Source of the DNA: Chrysomallon squamiferum
Lineage: Eukaryota > Animalia > Mollusca
NCBI GenBank assembly: GCA_012295275.1
Contig: CM022678.1
Span: 5,022,001 to 5,086,000 of the forward strand
Length of the DNA stretch: 64,000 nucleotides
Direction: 5' to 3'
Below the pieces are notes generated by a model, which saw only the letters and a program-made list of their open reading frames with translations, was not told the DNA's origin and ran no database searches. How positions within the stretch are numbered: the stretch's first letter is position 1; each line of letters opens with the position of its first letter. Position numbers and translations under genes: made by a program. Below, piece after piece: positions 39,285 to 53,673 of this stretch.

Positions 39285-42200
39285 ACAGAATGATTCTATT
39301 CAATTAGAAAAATCATTAAATGTTTTCATATTCAATAAATACAGACACTGCCCGAACTAAGAAGAGTCTCCGTAGCATTCCTACTTTCTTTTTTATTTAT
39401 TTTATTTTATTATTTATTTTTTTTTAAATACATTTATTCATTTATGATCATTAACACGATAATCCTTTATCCTTTATCAGATATGATGCGAGGTAAAGTT
39501 TAACAAAAGTTTTATTCTTATGTTTGTTTACAATTACTTGCAGCCTGCTTTATCGAGTCTCTAGCTTCTGGTTACGTAGGTTTGTAAATTATAATTATGT
39601 TCAGTCAGTCAGTATGCCCGTCTCAGTTTATTTAACTTGTATACAGGTTTATAAAAACTGTTTATGGTTTGACACTAAGCACAGTGCTTTAAAACTTGTA
39701 TACGAATGAAATTAACTGGGAAGGACATGATAAAATGTCTCTCCACAATCACATGTACAGTAAATAGTGCAATTCATAAACCGACTTAATTAGACGTTTC
39801 GACACTTCCAGGAAGCAACAAACATGAGAATTAAAACTTTTGATCAATAATTTAATCATGTGCACAAAGTATTTAGTTAAAGGTCCTGTTTTATTAGAAA
39901 CAAAATATCGAGGTTTACCTGTGGATGCTTAATTTTTTTTTATTTGTCACAATCGCTCGGCTCTGTCGTATTGTCTAATTTCACATTTACAAAACCTCAC
40001 TTCATCCTAATGTGTCTGGATAAAGAATTCTAGCGTGAAAACTATGTGCATGTTTATGTAACCATCTTTTTTGTCGTTTATGTTTAATGAATATATCAAC
40101 ATATATCAATATAATCATCGGACTTGAGTATATTTTAGCCTTCACTGTAGAGTAGATTCATTTACTAAATTTATTTTGTTGGTTAGACACAATAAAAATT
40201 TGACAAAATTCTCAAAGTGCTGTATTATAAAAGGATATTCTTAATAGTTTATTACTACTACTATTACTGGTAGTACCATTACTACTAATAAATACTAACA
40301 TTACACAGACAACTCAAACTGATTAAATGAATGTCAAAAACGTATAAAAATCCATTTGTAAATAATATGAAACCAATGTGAGAAAGTAAATTGTTAGTTT
40401 TATTTGTTTGTTTGTTATGTTGTTGTTCCCTTTATTTATTTATATATTTATTTATTTATTTATAGTATAGTGGGTCTGCTTGTGTCTGAACGGAGAATAA
40501 AAAAACTAATAAAATATGGAGTTAATTTTCTTGTCTATATTTTTGTTTCTTTCTTTTGTTTGTTCATTAATAAACTAGTTCTTATGTTTCTTACTTTCTT
40601 CCTTTTTTTCTCTCGGTCTCACTCGATATCCCCGCAATACCATGATTTTGAAAGACAAAAAAAAAAAAAATATAATTTACGAGCGAAAGGTCACGTTCTC
40701 TGTGTCACTAAATGTCAAGCTGACCTCGAGTTTCAAGTGCATCAGCAGTCATATTATAATAGTGTTAAATATAGTACATTCAAGTAACACTAGAAACATA
40801 ATTATACCATAAAGTGTGATGCACTCGAATTACACTTAGTAAAAAGCAGACCTGCTTCGGTTGAGAAAACACTGCTTAAAAATCTCCTCACAAGATCGCA
40901 ATCAGATCTATGAAACCCACAACAATACAAATGTCAGAAGCTTCGTAAATTACTGTGAGAGAAAGGAATAAATTACAAGTAAGACATTTCATAACCAGTT
41001 ACCCATTTATACGGTAATGTCACCGAGTTCCGTCAGTTTTAATAAAAACGAAAAGACAACAGAGAAACAGCGAGTACGCACCGACGAATGTTTGGAATTT
41101 GTTTGTTTGTCTTGTTTTAGATTTTACCGCTTTAATTATCTATATTTGATTAGATTATGTTAATATTTGTTTTCCTTAATTAATCTATGCAGCGGGGGTA
41201 ACTAACATTTTTGGGGTCCCGGAATTTTCGCAAAGCAGCAAACAGCAACAAGAAGAAGATCTGATTAATCTCTGTCATCTTCTTCAGTCGGCTTGTTTGA
41301 TGAAGGATTACCGTAAATCTTTTAATAAAATGTATCCACGACATCTCAGCTGTGTGTTAAAATTTTAAATCAGCATCGATTAAGTCGCTTCTCGGGTCCT
41401 TTACTGGTTTAGCGTCTTCCTTAGTTTCACAAGAGTTTCCTATTAGCAACAACACAGACGAAAAAAACAACAAATAAATGATTTAGTAATTTAGGCAGAT
41501 GATGTCGAAAAGCATTTAATATAGGATATTTTCCCCCAATATAGTATTGTTGGAGATACGATTTCCCATTGTATAGCTGTTAGAGTCTTTATTTAGCAGA
41601 AATATTAAGAAAGATGAAGAAAGAGAAGAAAAACAGAAGCAAAATGCAAATAAAAAAAAATATATATCAAAAAGAGAAAAAGGAAAAAGATGATGCAAAA
41701 GAAGAAGAAAACAATCAAAAAGGAAGATGAATAAAAAAAGAAAGAAAATAAGACAAATGGAAAGAAAAGAGAAAGAAAATGAAGAAAAACAAAACAAAAA
41801 TATAATCAAACATTAACACTGCCCTAACATAGTTTATATATATCAATCTTTTATAATAATAAAGTATGGGAATAGAGCTATAAATCCTCGCAGTACTTAG
41901 TGTCTGTAATGTAATAACAGCAATAAAGTTAACAGAACATCAACAACTACCATAATAAGAGCAATAATATTAATAATAATAACAGAAGAAGAAGAATAAA
42001 GATATTTAGGTGGTAAAAAAGAGGTAACAGAGTAAACATATATCAAATAATCTGATCAATTTTATTAAGATTCTCACTTATTGTTCTAAAATTAACACGA
42101 GAGGGTAAACAGCAACCCTGTCATCGAATAGCAGCAAGAAAATGTGTGTATGTAAACCTTCCCGCTGATCGTACACCATCAAAGCATATTCATCTCCCAC

Positions 42201-42299
42201 ATTTGTTTCTTTCTTTAAAATTTATATTTGCAACAGAAGACGATAATATCACAATCTCCAATCTCAAATATCGTCACTTAATCCGTTTAGCAAAACCGG

Positions 42300-42537
42300 T
42301 GACGTCAAATACAAGAACAATGTACCAATACATCCGACACCCATAATAATTTGACCATGCTCAATACAGAAAGTGGGACAGGTCCAAACAGATATTCACA
42401 TAAAGTTACGCACAAAGAAAAAAAAAAAAAAAAAAAAAAATTACAGAGAGATTACTTCAGTCGATATATTAAGTTCATGCTGTAGACGGTAAAACAGTTT
42501 TTCCGTGCTGAGCTAAGGTTTAAATGTTAAGGTAACT
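42300..42537 (+). promoter_or_regulatory. Candidate promoter/non-coding first exon of the methyltransferase unit (TGACGTCA 42300, TATATTAA 42465, ACAGT 42494, donor AG|GTAACT 42532)
   Basis: Motif spacing fits TATA-Inr (~30 nt). An acceptor (att)n-gcag| sits 10 nt before each ATG, implying an upstream exon. The layout repeats in each unit. Confidence 0.35.
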
Positions 42538-43340
42538 TCGACATAGGGGGGGTCGCAGGTCAGTGGGGAATGAAAAGTGCAGGAGAAAAAATTAACCAGG
42601 AAACTTAACTGAATAATTAATTAATCGTTTGCTTGTTTCGTTGCTTGGTTGGTTGGTTACGTTTATTTATTGATTGATTTATTTTATTTAATTTACTTAT
42701 TTATTTAGTTCTTTGTTTGTTTATTTATTTAATAACTTATTCTGAGTACGTGTATGAACGATGTCGGGTTCAGTGTGAATATAGGTAACAGGAACAAAAG
42801 AAAGAAAACAGGTTTAAACATTTTAAAGATGGCGGTCTGATTTTTATTATGATTTATTTTTATTTTTTCCCTTCGATATGTCACATATTAAAAAATTAAC
42901 GAAATCAATGCATGGAACTGAATTTCTACTAGTGAAGTACATTTCAAAATGACACAACTCCATCAAAAATTCCAAAACTTTTCTTTATTGTACTAAATTG
43001 TTTTTGAAAGTAAATATTGGTAATTACACAGATGTGTGTGAATAATTTTAAACATAACAAAACAATCACATTTGCATTTTTCTAGACAATTAAATTAATT
43101 TCCTGATATATCGAAAGAAAAAATCAGACAGCCATCTTTAAAATGTCATAATCCACACCAACATCTATTACTCTTTACAACATCTTCGTTAACATCAGCC
43201 ATTGTTAATAACAATTATTGTTGATGCAGTTGTTGTTGCTTTTATTCTTATTGTTGTTGATGTTGTTATGATGATGATGATGATTATTATCATCAATATT
43301 ATTATCATCATCATTATTATTACCATCATCATCATCATCA

Positions 43341-43381
<41 letters not shown>

Positions 43382-43395
43382 GCAGACGCTGAAAA

Positions 43396-44393
43396 ATGGC
43401 AACTAACAAGATTCAGTTCTTGTCCGCAGCCGCAAAACTATGCCTGGTTGTTATGGCAACGCTGCTCGTACAAAAATCTTATTTCGTAAAACAAACATTA
43501 TTATGAAAATTTTGCCAAGCGAAACAAAAGGTCCCGAAAGACTGAATCTACCTGTCACATTTCCACCAGGACAAACTCCGGTCTACAGATGGGACGGACT
43601 GGGCTGGAAAATGGAAATAAACTTTTGTAAATGGGCAGATTTTTCTCATTGTGCCATGTTGAAAACTAACGCTGGAGAAACTCCAATATTTGTTCACAGC
43701 CCACAGAAAGACAACTGGCTATCGAAAAGGCTGCTTAACAAACAGCCGTGGGAACCCGAACATATAAATCTTGTACTGGATGAAATGAAAGCAGATCCCA
43801 GTATAGGATTTCTTGATATCGGCTCTCACATTGGACTTTTCACTCTCCACGTGGCGAAGTCTGGTAGGAAGGTAGTTGCCATGGAAGTTTTGCCTGACAA
43901 TCTTCAACGACTCTGTAAGTCTGTTGAACGCGGCGGTTTAACCAACAACGTCAAACTTATTCTCAATCCTATTTCAGACGGACACGGAATTCTTTCATTC
44001 ACAAATCCACACTCCAGTGCCTTTCTTAATCGTAAGGCTACACCGAATACGACTACGTCGTCGTCGTTGTGCAAGCAATCTATGTCGTTTCAGACGGCAA
44101 CGTTAGACGACGTGCTCAACTTCATCACATTCAAGAAAGCTTTCATAAAAATGGACGTTGAAGGTTTTGAGCTTCAAGTAGTCAGAGGAGGAAAGAAATT
44201 CTTCTCCGAAATCGACGTGCGAGGGATTCTGATGGAATGGGTTCTACACAGGAACAAAGAAGGTGAAAAGATTATCGAAGATATGATGAAAATGAACTAT
44301 GTTCCTTTTGATTCTCTGTCACCCCAAAAACAGCTGAAACCGGAAGATATAATGAATTGGCCGCATGACGTACTTTGGAGGAAAACAGCCTGA
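43396..44393 (+). pseudogene. FkbM-family methyltransferase copy 2 (one-base deletion in an A run near 43472; may be a consensus error)
   Basis: 998 bp versus 999 bp for copy 4 (gtacAAAAAtctt vs gtacAAAAAAtctt). The downstream protein sequence is the same. Confidence 0.75.
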
Positions 44394-47300
44394 ACAGAAT
44401 GATTCTATTCAATTAGAAAAAAATCATTAAATGTTTTCATATTCAATAAATACAGACACTGCCCGAACTAAGAAGAGTCTCCGTAGCATTCCTACTTTCT
44501 TATTTATTTATTTTATTTTATTATTTATTTTTTAAATACATTTAATCATTTATAATCATTAACACGATAATCATTTATCCTATATCAGATATGATGCGAG
44601 GTAAAGTTTAACAAAAGTTTTATTCTTATGTTTGTTTACAATTACTTGCAGCCTGCTTTATCGAGTCTCTAGCTTCTGGTTACGTAGGTTTGTAAATTAT
44701 AATTATGTTCTGTCAATCAGTATGCCCGTCTCAGTTTATTTAACTTGTATACAGGTTTATAAAAACTGTTTATGGTTTGACACTAAGCACAGTGCTTTAA
44801 AACTTGTATACGAATGAAATTAACTGGGAAGGACATGATAACATGTCTCTCCACAATTACATGTACAGTAAATAGTACAATTCATAAACCAACGTAATTA
44901 GACGTTTCGACACTTCGAGGAAGCAACAAACATGAGAATTAAAACTTTTGATCAATAATTTAATCATGTGCACAAAGTATTTAGTTAAAGGTCCTGTTTT
45001 ATTAGAAACAAAATATCGAGGTTTACCTGTGGATGCTTAATTTTTTTTTATTTGTCACAATCGCTTGGCTCTGTCGTATTGTCTAATTTCACATTTACAA
45101 AACCTCAGTTCATCATAATGTGTCTGGAGAAAGAATTCTAGCGTGAAAACTATGTGCATGTTTATGTAACCATCTTTTTTGTCGTTTGTGTTTAATGAAT
45201 ATATCAACATATATCAATATAATCATCGGACTTGACTTGAGTATATTTTAGCCTTCACTGTAGAGTAGATTCATTTACTAAATTTATTTTGTTGGTTAGA
45301 CACAATAAAAATTTGACAAAATTCTCAAAGTGCTGTATTATAAAAGGATATTCTTATTAGTTTATTACTACTACTATTACTGGTAGTACCATTACTACTA
45401 ATAAATACTAACATTACATAGACAACTCAAACTGATTAAATGAATGTCAAAAACGTATCAAAACACATATGTAAATAATATGAAACCAATGTGAGAAAGT
45501 AAATTGTTAGTTTTATTTGTTTGTTTGTTATGTTGTTGTTCCCTTTATTTATTTATATATTTATTTATTTATTTATTTATAGTATAGTGGGTCTGCTTGT
45601 GTCTGAACGGAGAGAATGAAAAAACTAATAAAATATGGAGTTAATTTTCTTGTCTATATTTTTGTTTCTTTCTTTTGTTTGTTCATTAATAAACTAGTTC
45701 TTATGTTTCTTACTTTCTTCCTTTTTTTCTCTCGGTCTCACTCGATATCCCCGCAATACCATGATTTTGAAAGACAAAAAAAAAAAAAATATATAATTTA
45801 CGAGCGAAAGGTCACGTTCTCTGTGTCACTAAATGTCAAGCTGACCTCGAGTTTGATATGTTATAATCAGCAGTCATATTATAATAGTGATAAATATAGT
45901 ACATTCAAGTAACACTAGAAACATAATCATACCATAAAGTGTGATGCACTCGAATTACACTTAATAAAAAGCAGACCTGCTTCGGTTGAGAAAACACTGC
46001 TTAAAAATCTCCTCACAAGATCGCAATCAGATCTATGAAACCCACAACAATACAAATGTCAGAAGCTTCGTAAATTACTGCGAGAGAAAGGAATAAATTA
46101 CAAGTAAGACATTTCATAACCAGTTACCCATTTATACGGTGATGTCACCGAGTTCCGTCAGTTTTAATAAAAACGAAAAGACAACAGAGAAACAGCGAGT
46201 ACGCACCGACGAATGTTTGGAATTTGTTTGTTTGTCTTGTTTTAGATTTTACCGCTTTAATTATCTATATTTGATTAGATTATGTTAATATTTGTTTTCC
46301 TTAATTAATCTATGCAGCGGGGGTAACTAACATTTTTGGGGTCCCGGAATTTTCGCAAAGCAGCAAACAGCAACAAGAAGAAGATCTGATTAATGTCTGT
46401 CATCTTCTTCAGTCGGCTTGTTTGATGAAGGATTACCGTAAATCTTTTAATAAAATGTATCCACGACATCTCAGCTGTGTGTTAAAATTTTAAATCAGCA
46501 TCGATTAAGTCGCTTCTCGGGTCCTTTACTGGTTTAGCGTCTTCCTTAGTTTCACAAGAGTTTCCTGTTAGCAACAACACAGACGAAAAAAACAACAAAT
46601 AAATGATTTAGTAATTTAGGCAGATGATGTCGAAAAGCATTTAATATAGGATATTTTCCCCCAATATAGTATTGTTGGAGATACGATTTCCCATTGTATA
46701 GCTGTTAGAGTCTTTATTTAGCAGAAATATTAAGAAAGATGAAGAAGGAGAAGAAAAACAGAAGCAAAATGCAAATAAAAAAAATATATATCAAAAAGAG
46801 AAAAAGGAAAAAGATGATGCAAAAGAAGAAGAAAACAATCAAAAAGGAAGATGAATAATTAAAAAAAGAAAATAAGACAAATGGAAAGAAAAGAGAAAGA
46901 AAATGAAGAAAAACAAAACAAAAATATAATCAAACATTAACACTGCCCTAACATAGTTTATATATATCAATCTTTTATAATAATAAAGTATGGGAATAGA
47001 GCTATAAATCCTCGCTGTACTTAGTGTCTGTAATGTAATAACAGCAATAAAGTTAACAGAACATCAACAACTACCATAATAAGAGCAATAATATTAATAA
47101 TAATAACAGAAGAAGAAGAATAAAGATATTTAGGTGGTAAAAAAGAGGTAACAGAGTAAACATATATCAAATAATCTGATCAATTTTATTAAGATTCTCA
47201 CTTATTGTTCTAAAATTAACACGAGAGGGTAAACAGCAACCCTGTCATCGAATAGCAGCAAGAAAATGTGTGTATGTAAACCTTCCCGCTGATCGTACAC

Positions 47301-48479
47301 CATCAAAGCATATTCATCTCCCACATTTGTTTCTTCTTTAAAATTTATATTTGCAACAGAAGACGATAATATCACAATCTCCAATCTCAAATATCGTCAC
47401 TTAATCCGTTTAGCAAAACCGGTGACGTCAAATACAAGAACAATGTACCAATACATCCGACACCCATAATAATTTGACCATGCTCAATACAGAAAGTGGG
47501 ACAGGTCCAAACAGATATTCACATAAAGTTACGCACAAAGAAAAAAAAATGAAAATGAAAAAAAAAAAAAAAAAAAAAAAAAATTACAGAGAGATTACTT
47601 CAGTCGATATATTAAGTTCATGCTGTAGACGGTAAAACAGTTTTTCCGTGCTGAGCTAAGGTTTAAATGTTAAGGTAACTTCGACATAAGGGGTCGCAGG
47701 TCAGTGGGGAATGAAAAGTGCAGGAGAAAAAATTAACCAGGAAACTTAACTGAATAATTAATTAATCGTTTGCTTGTTTCGTTGCTTGGTTGGTTGGTTA
47801 CGTTTATTTATTGATTGATTTATTTTATTTAATTTACTTATTTATTTAGTTCTTTGTTTGTTTATTTATTTAATAACTTATTCTGAGTACGTGTATGAAC
47901 GATGTCGGGTTCAGTGTGAATATAGGTAACAGGAACAAAAGAAAGAAAACAGGTTTAAACATTTTAAAGATGGCGGTCTGATTTTTATTATGATTATTTT
48001 TATTTTTTCCCTTCGATATGTCACATATTAAAAATTAACGAAATCAATGCATGGAACTGAATTTCTACTAGTGAAGTACATTTCAAAATGACACAACTCC
48101 ATCAAAAATTCCAAAACTTTTCTTTATTGTACTAAATTGTTTTTGAAAGTAAATATTGGTAATTACACAGATGTGTGTGAATAATTTTAAACATAACAAA
48201 ACAATCACATTTGCATTTTTCTAGACAATTAAATTAATTTCCTGATATATCGAAAGAAAAAATCAGACAGCCATCTTTAAAATGTCATAATCCACACCAA
48301 CATCTATTACTCTTTACAACATCTTCGTTAACATCAGCCATTGTTAATAACAATTATTGTTGATGCAGTTGTTGTTGCTTTTATTCTTATTGTTGTTGAT
48401 GTTGTTATGATGATGATGATGATTATTATCATCAATATTATTATCATCATCATTATTATTACCATCATCATCATCATCA

Positions 48480-48520
<41 letters not shown>

Positions 48521-48534
48521 GCAGACGCTGAAAA

Positions 48535-49531
48535 ATGGCAACTAACAAGATTCAGTTCTTGTCCGCAGCCGCAAAACTATGCCTGGTTGTTATGGCAACG
48601 CTGCTCGTACAAAAATCTTATTTCGTAAAACAAACATTATTATGAAAATTTTGCCAAGCGAAACAAAAGGTCCCGAAAGACTGAATCTACCTGTCACATT
48701 TCCACCAGGACAAACTCCGGTCTACAGATGGGACGGACTGGGCTGGAAAATGGAAATAAACTTTTGTAAATGGGCAGATTTTTCTCATTGTGCCATGTTG
48801 AAAACTAACGCTGGAGAAACTCCAATATTTGTTCACAGCCCACAGAAAGACAACTGGCTATCGAAAAGGCTGCTTAACAAACAGCCGTGGGAACCCGAAC
48901 ATATAAATCTTGTACTGGATGAAATGAAAGCAGATCCCAGTATAGGATTTCTTGATATCGGCTCTCACATTGGACTTTTCACTCTCCACGTGGCGAAGTC
49001 TGGTAGGAAGGTAGTTGCCATGGAAGTTTTGCCTGACAATCTTCAACGACTCTGTAAGTCTGTTGAACGCGGCGGTTTAACCAACAACGTCAAACTTATT
49101 CTCAATCCTATTTCAGACGGACACGGAATTCTTTCATTCACAAATCCACACTCCAGTGCCTTTCTTAATCGTAAGGCTACACCGAATACGACTACGTCGT
49201 CGTCGTTGTGCAAGCAATCTATGTCGTTTCAGACGGCAACGTTAGACGACGTGCTCAACTTCATCACATTCAAGAAAGCTTTCATAAAAATGGACGTTGA
49301 AGGTTTTGAGCTTCAAGTAGTCAGAGGAGGAAAGAAATTCTTCTCCGAAATCGACGTGCGAGGGATTCTGATGGAATGGGTTCTACACAGGAACAAAGAA
49401 GGTGAAAAGATTATCGAAGATATGATGAAAATGAACTATGTTCCTTTTGATTCTCTGTCACCCAAAAACAGCTGAAACCGGAAGATATAATGAATTGGCC
49501 GCATGACGTACTTTGGAGGAAAACAGCCTGA
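48535..49531 (+). pseudogene. FkbM-family methyltransferase copy 3 (two homopolymer -1 indels, ~48611 and ~49461)
   Basis: 997 bp, with A5 instead of A6 and tcaCCCaaaaa instead of tcaCCCCaaaaa. Confidence 0.75.
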
Positions 49532-52500
49532 ACAGAATGATTCTATTCAATTAGAAAAATCATTAAATGTTTTCATATTCAATAAATACAGACACTGCCC
49601 GAACTAAGAAGAGTCTCCGTAGCATTCCTACTTTCTTATTTATTTATTTTATTTTATTATTTATTTTTTTAAATACATTTAATCATTTATAATCATTAAC
49701 ACGATAATCATTTATCCTATATCAGATATGATGCGAGGTAAAGTTTAACAAAAGTTTTATTCTTATGTTTGTTTACAATTACTTGCAGCCTGCTTTATCG
49801 AGTCTCTAGCTTCTGGTTACGTAGGTTTGTAAATTATAATTATGTTCTGTCAATCAGTATGCCCGTCTCAGTTTATTTAACTTGTATACAGGTTTATAAA
49901 AACTGTTTATGGTTTGACACTAAGCACAGTGCTTTAAAACTTGTATACGAATGAAATTAACTGGGAAGGACATGATAACATGTCTCTCCACAATTACATG
50001 TACAGTAAATAGTACAATTCATAAACCAACGTAATTAGACGTTTCGACACTTCGAGGAAGCAACAAACATGAGAATTAAAACTTTTGATCAATAATTTAA
50101 TCATGTGCACAAAGTATTTAGTTAAAGGTCCTGTTTTATTAGAAACAAAATATCGAGGTTTACCTGTGGATGCTTAATTTTTTTTTTATTTGTCACAATC
50201 GCTTGGCTCTGTCGTATTGTCTAATTTCACATTTACAAAACCTCAGTTCATCCTAATGTGTCTGGAGAAAGAATTCTAGCGTGAAAACTATGTGCATGTT
50301 TATGTAACCATCTTTTTTGTCGTTTGTGTTTAATGAATATATCAACATATATCAATATAATCATCGGACTTGAGTATATTTTAGCCTTCACTGTAGAGTA
50401 GATTCATTTACTAAATTTATTTTGTTGGTTAGACACAATAAAAATTTGACAAAATTCTCAAAGTGCTGTATTATAAAAGGATATTCTTATTAGTTTATTA
50501 CTACTACTATTACTGGTAGTACCATTACTACTAATAAATACTAACATTACATAGACAACTCAAACTGATTAAATGAATGTCAAAAACGTATCAAAACACA
50601 TATGTAAATAATATGAAACCAATGTGAGAAAGTAAATTGTTAGTTTTATTTGTTTGTTTGTTATGTTGTTGTTCCCTTTATTTATTTATATATTTATTTA
50701 TTTATTTATTTATAGTATAGTGGGTCTGCTTGTGTCTGAACGGAGAATGAAAAAACTAATAAAATATGGAGTTAATTTTCTTGTCTATATTTTTGTTTCT
50801 TTCTTTTGTTTGTTCATTAATAAACTAGTTCTTATGTTTCTTACTTTCTTCCTTTTTTTCTCTCGGTCTCACTCGATATCCCCGCAATACCATGATTTTG
50901 AAAGAAAAAAAAAAAAAAAAAATATATAATTTACGAGCGAAAGGTCACGTTCTCTGTGTCACTAAATGTCAAGCTGACCTCGAGTTTGATATGTTATAAT
51001 CAGCAGTCATATTATAATAGTGATAAATATAGTACATTCAAGTAACACTAGAAACATAATCATACCATAAAGTGTGATGCACTCGAATTACACTTAATAA
51101 AAAGCAGACCTGCTTCGGTTGAGAAAACACTGCTTAAAAATCTCCTCACAAGATCGCAATCAGATCTATGAAACCCACAACAATACAAATGTCAGAAGCT
51201 TCGTAAATTACTGCGAGAGAAAGGAATAAATTACAAGTAAGACATTTCATAACCAGTTACCCATTTATACGGTGATGTCACCGAGTTCCGTCAGTTTTAA
51301 TAAAAACGAAAAGACAACAGAGAAACAGCGAGTACGCACCGACGAATGTTTGGAATTTGTTTGTTTGTCTTGTTTTAGATTTTACCGCTTTAATTATCTA
51401 TATTTGATTAGATTATGTTAATATTTGTTTTCCTTAATTAATCTATGCAGCGGGGGTAACTAACATTTTTGGGGTCCCGGAATTTTCGCAAAGCAGCAAA
51501 CAGCAACAAGAAGAAGATCTGATTAATGTCTGTCATCTTCTTCAGTCGGCTTGTTTGATGAAGGATTACCGTAAATCTTTTAATAAAATGTATCCACGAC
51601 ATCTCAGCTGTGTGTTAAAATTTTAAATCAGCATCGATTAAGTCGCTTCTCGGGTCCTTTACTGGTTTAGCGTCTTCCTTAGTTTCACAAGAGTTTCCTG
51701 TTAGCAACAACACAGACGAAAAAACAACAAATAAATGATTTAGTAATTTAGGCAGATGATGTCGAAAAGCATTTAATATAGGATATTTTCCCCCAATATA
51801 GTATTGTTGGAGATACGATTTCCCATTGTATAGCTGTTAGAGTCTTTATTTAGCAGAAATATTAAGAAAGATGAAGAAGGAGAAGAAAAACAGAAGCAAA
51901 ATGCAAATAAAAAAAATATATATCAAAAAGAGAAAAAGGAAAAAGATGATGCAAAAGAAGAAGAAAACAATCAAAAGGAAGATGAATAAAAAAAAAGAAA
52001 ATAAGACAAATGGAAAGAAAAGAGAAAGAAAATGAAGAAAAACAAAACAAAAATATAATCAAACATTAACACTGCCCTAACATAGTTTATATATATCAAT
52101 CTTTTATAATAATAAAGTATGGGAATAGAGCTATAAATCCTCGCTGTACTTAGTGTCTGTAATGTAATAACAGCAATAAAGTTAACAGAACATCAACAAC
52201 TACCATAATAAGAGCAATAATATATTAATAATAATAACAGAAGAAGAAGAATAAAGATATTTAGGTGGTAAAAAAAAGAGGTAACAGAGTAAACATATAT
52301 CAAATAATCTGATCAATTTTATTAAGATTCTCACTTATTGTTCTAAAATTAACACGAGAGGGTAAACAGCAACCCTGTCATCGAATAGCAGCAAGAAAAT
52401 GTGTGTATGTAAACCTTCCCGCTGATCGTACACCATCAAAGCATATTCATCTCCCACATTTGTTTCTTCTTTAAAATTTATATTTGCAACAGAAGACGAT

Positions 52501-52669
52501 AATATCACAATCTCCAATCTCAAATATCGTCACTTAATCCGTTTAGCAAAACCGGTGACGTCAAATACAAGAACAATGTACCAATACATCCGACACCCAT
52601 AATAATTTGACCATGCTCAATACAGAAAGTGGGACAGGTCCAAACAGATATTCACATAAAGTTACGCAC

Positions 52670-52722
<53 letters not shown>

Positions 52723-53618
52723 ACAGAGAGATTACTTCAGTCGATATATTAAGTTCATGCTGTAGACGGTAAAACAGTTTTTCCGTGCTGAGCTAAGGTT
52801 TAAATGTTAAGGTAACTTCGACATAAGGGGTCGCAGGTCAGTGGGGAATGAAAAGTGCAGGAGAAAAAATTAACCAGGAAACTTAACTGAATAATTAATT
52901 AATCGTTTGCTTGTTTCGTTGCTTGGTTGGTTGGTTACGTTTATTTATTGATTGATTTATTTTATTTAATTTACTTATTTATTTAGTTCTTTGTTTGTTT
53001 ATTTATTTAATAACTTATTCTGAGTACGTGTATGAACGATGTCGGGTTCAGTGTGAATATAGGTAACAGGAACAAAAGAAAGAAAACAGGTTTAAACATT
53101 TTAAAGATGGCGGTCTGATTTTTATTATGATTATTTTTTATTTTTTCCCTTCGATATGTCACATATTAAAAAATTAACGAAATCAATGCATGGAACTGAA
53201 TTTCTACTAGTGAAGTACATTTCAAAATGACACAACTCCATCAAAAATTCCAAAACTTTTCTTTATTGTACTAAATTGTTTTTGAAAGTAAATATTGGTA
53301 ATTACACAGATGTGTGTGAATAATTTTAAACATAACAAAACAATCACATTTGCATTTTTCTAGACAATTAAATTAATTTCCTGATATATCGAAAGAAAAA
53401 ATCAGACAGCCATCTTTAAAATGTCATAATCCACACCAACATCTATTACTCTTTACAACATCTTCGTTAACATCAGCCATTGTTAATAACAATTATTGTT
53501 GATGCAGTTGTTGTTGCTTTTATTCTTATTGTTGTTGATGTTGTTATGATGATGATGATGATTATTATCATCAATATTATTATCATCATCATTATTATTA
53601 CCATCATCATCATCATCA

Positions 53619-53659
<41 letters not shown>

Positions 53660-53673
53660 GCAGACGCTGAAAA

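Noticed and set aside
39524-39709. Recurrent small ORFs in each unit (MFTITCSLL..., MKKLIKYG..., MRLEIVIL...)
   Set aside because: They recur only because the unit is a recent duplicate. Several have non-ATG starts, some are disrupted between copies, and none has recognisable motifs.
41252-41285. Small hairpin gaagaagat...atcttcttc in each array unit as an ncRNA or terminator
   Set aside because: The stem is short and low-complexity, is conserved only through duplication, and has no other support.
43202-43489. Poly-Ile/poly-Asn ORFs upstream of each methyltransferase, and similar poly-Y/L/I ORFs elsewhere
   Set aside because: These are translations of ATT/AAT/ATC microsatellites in intronic or intergenic DNA.
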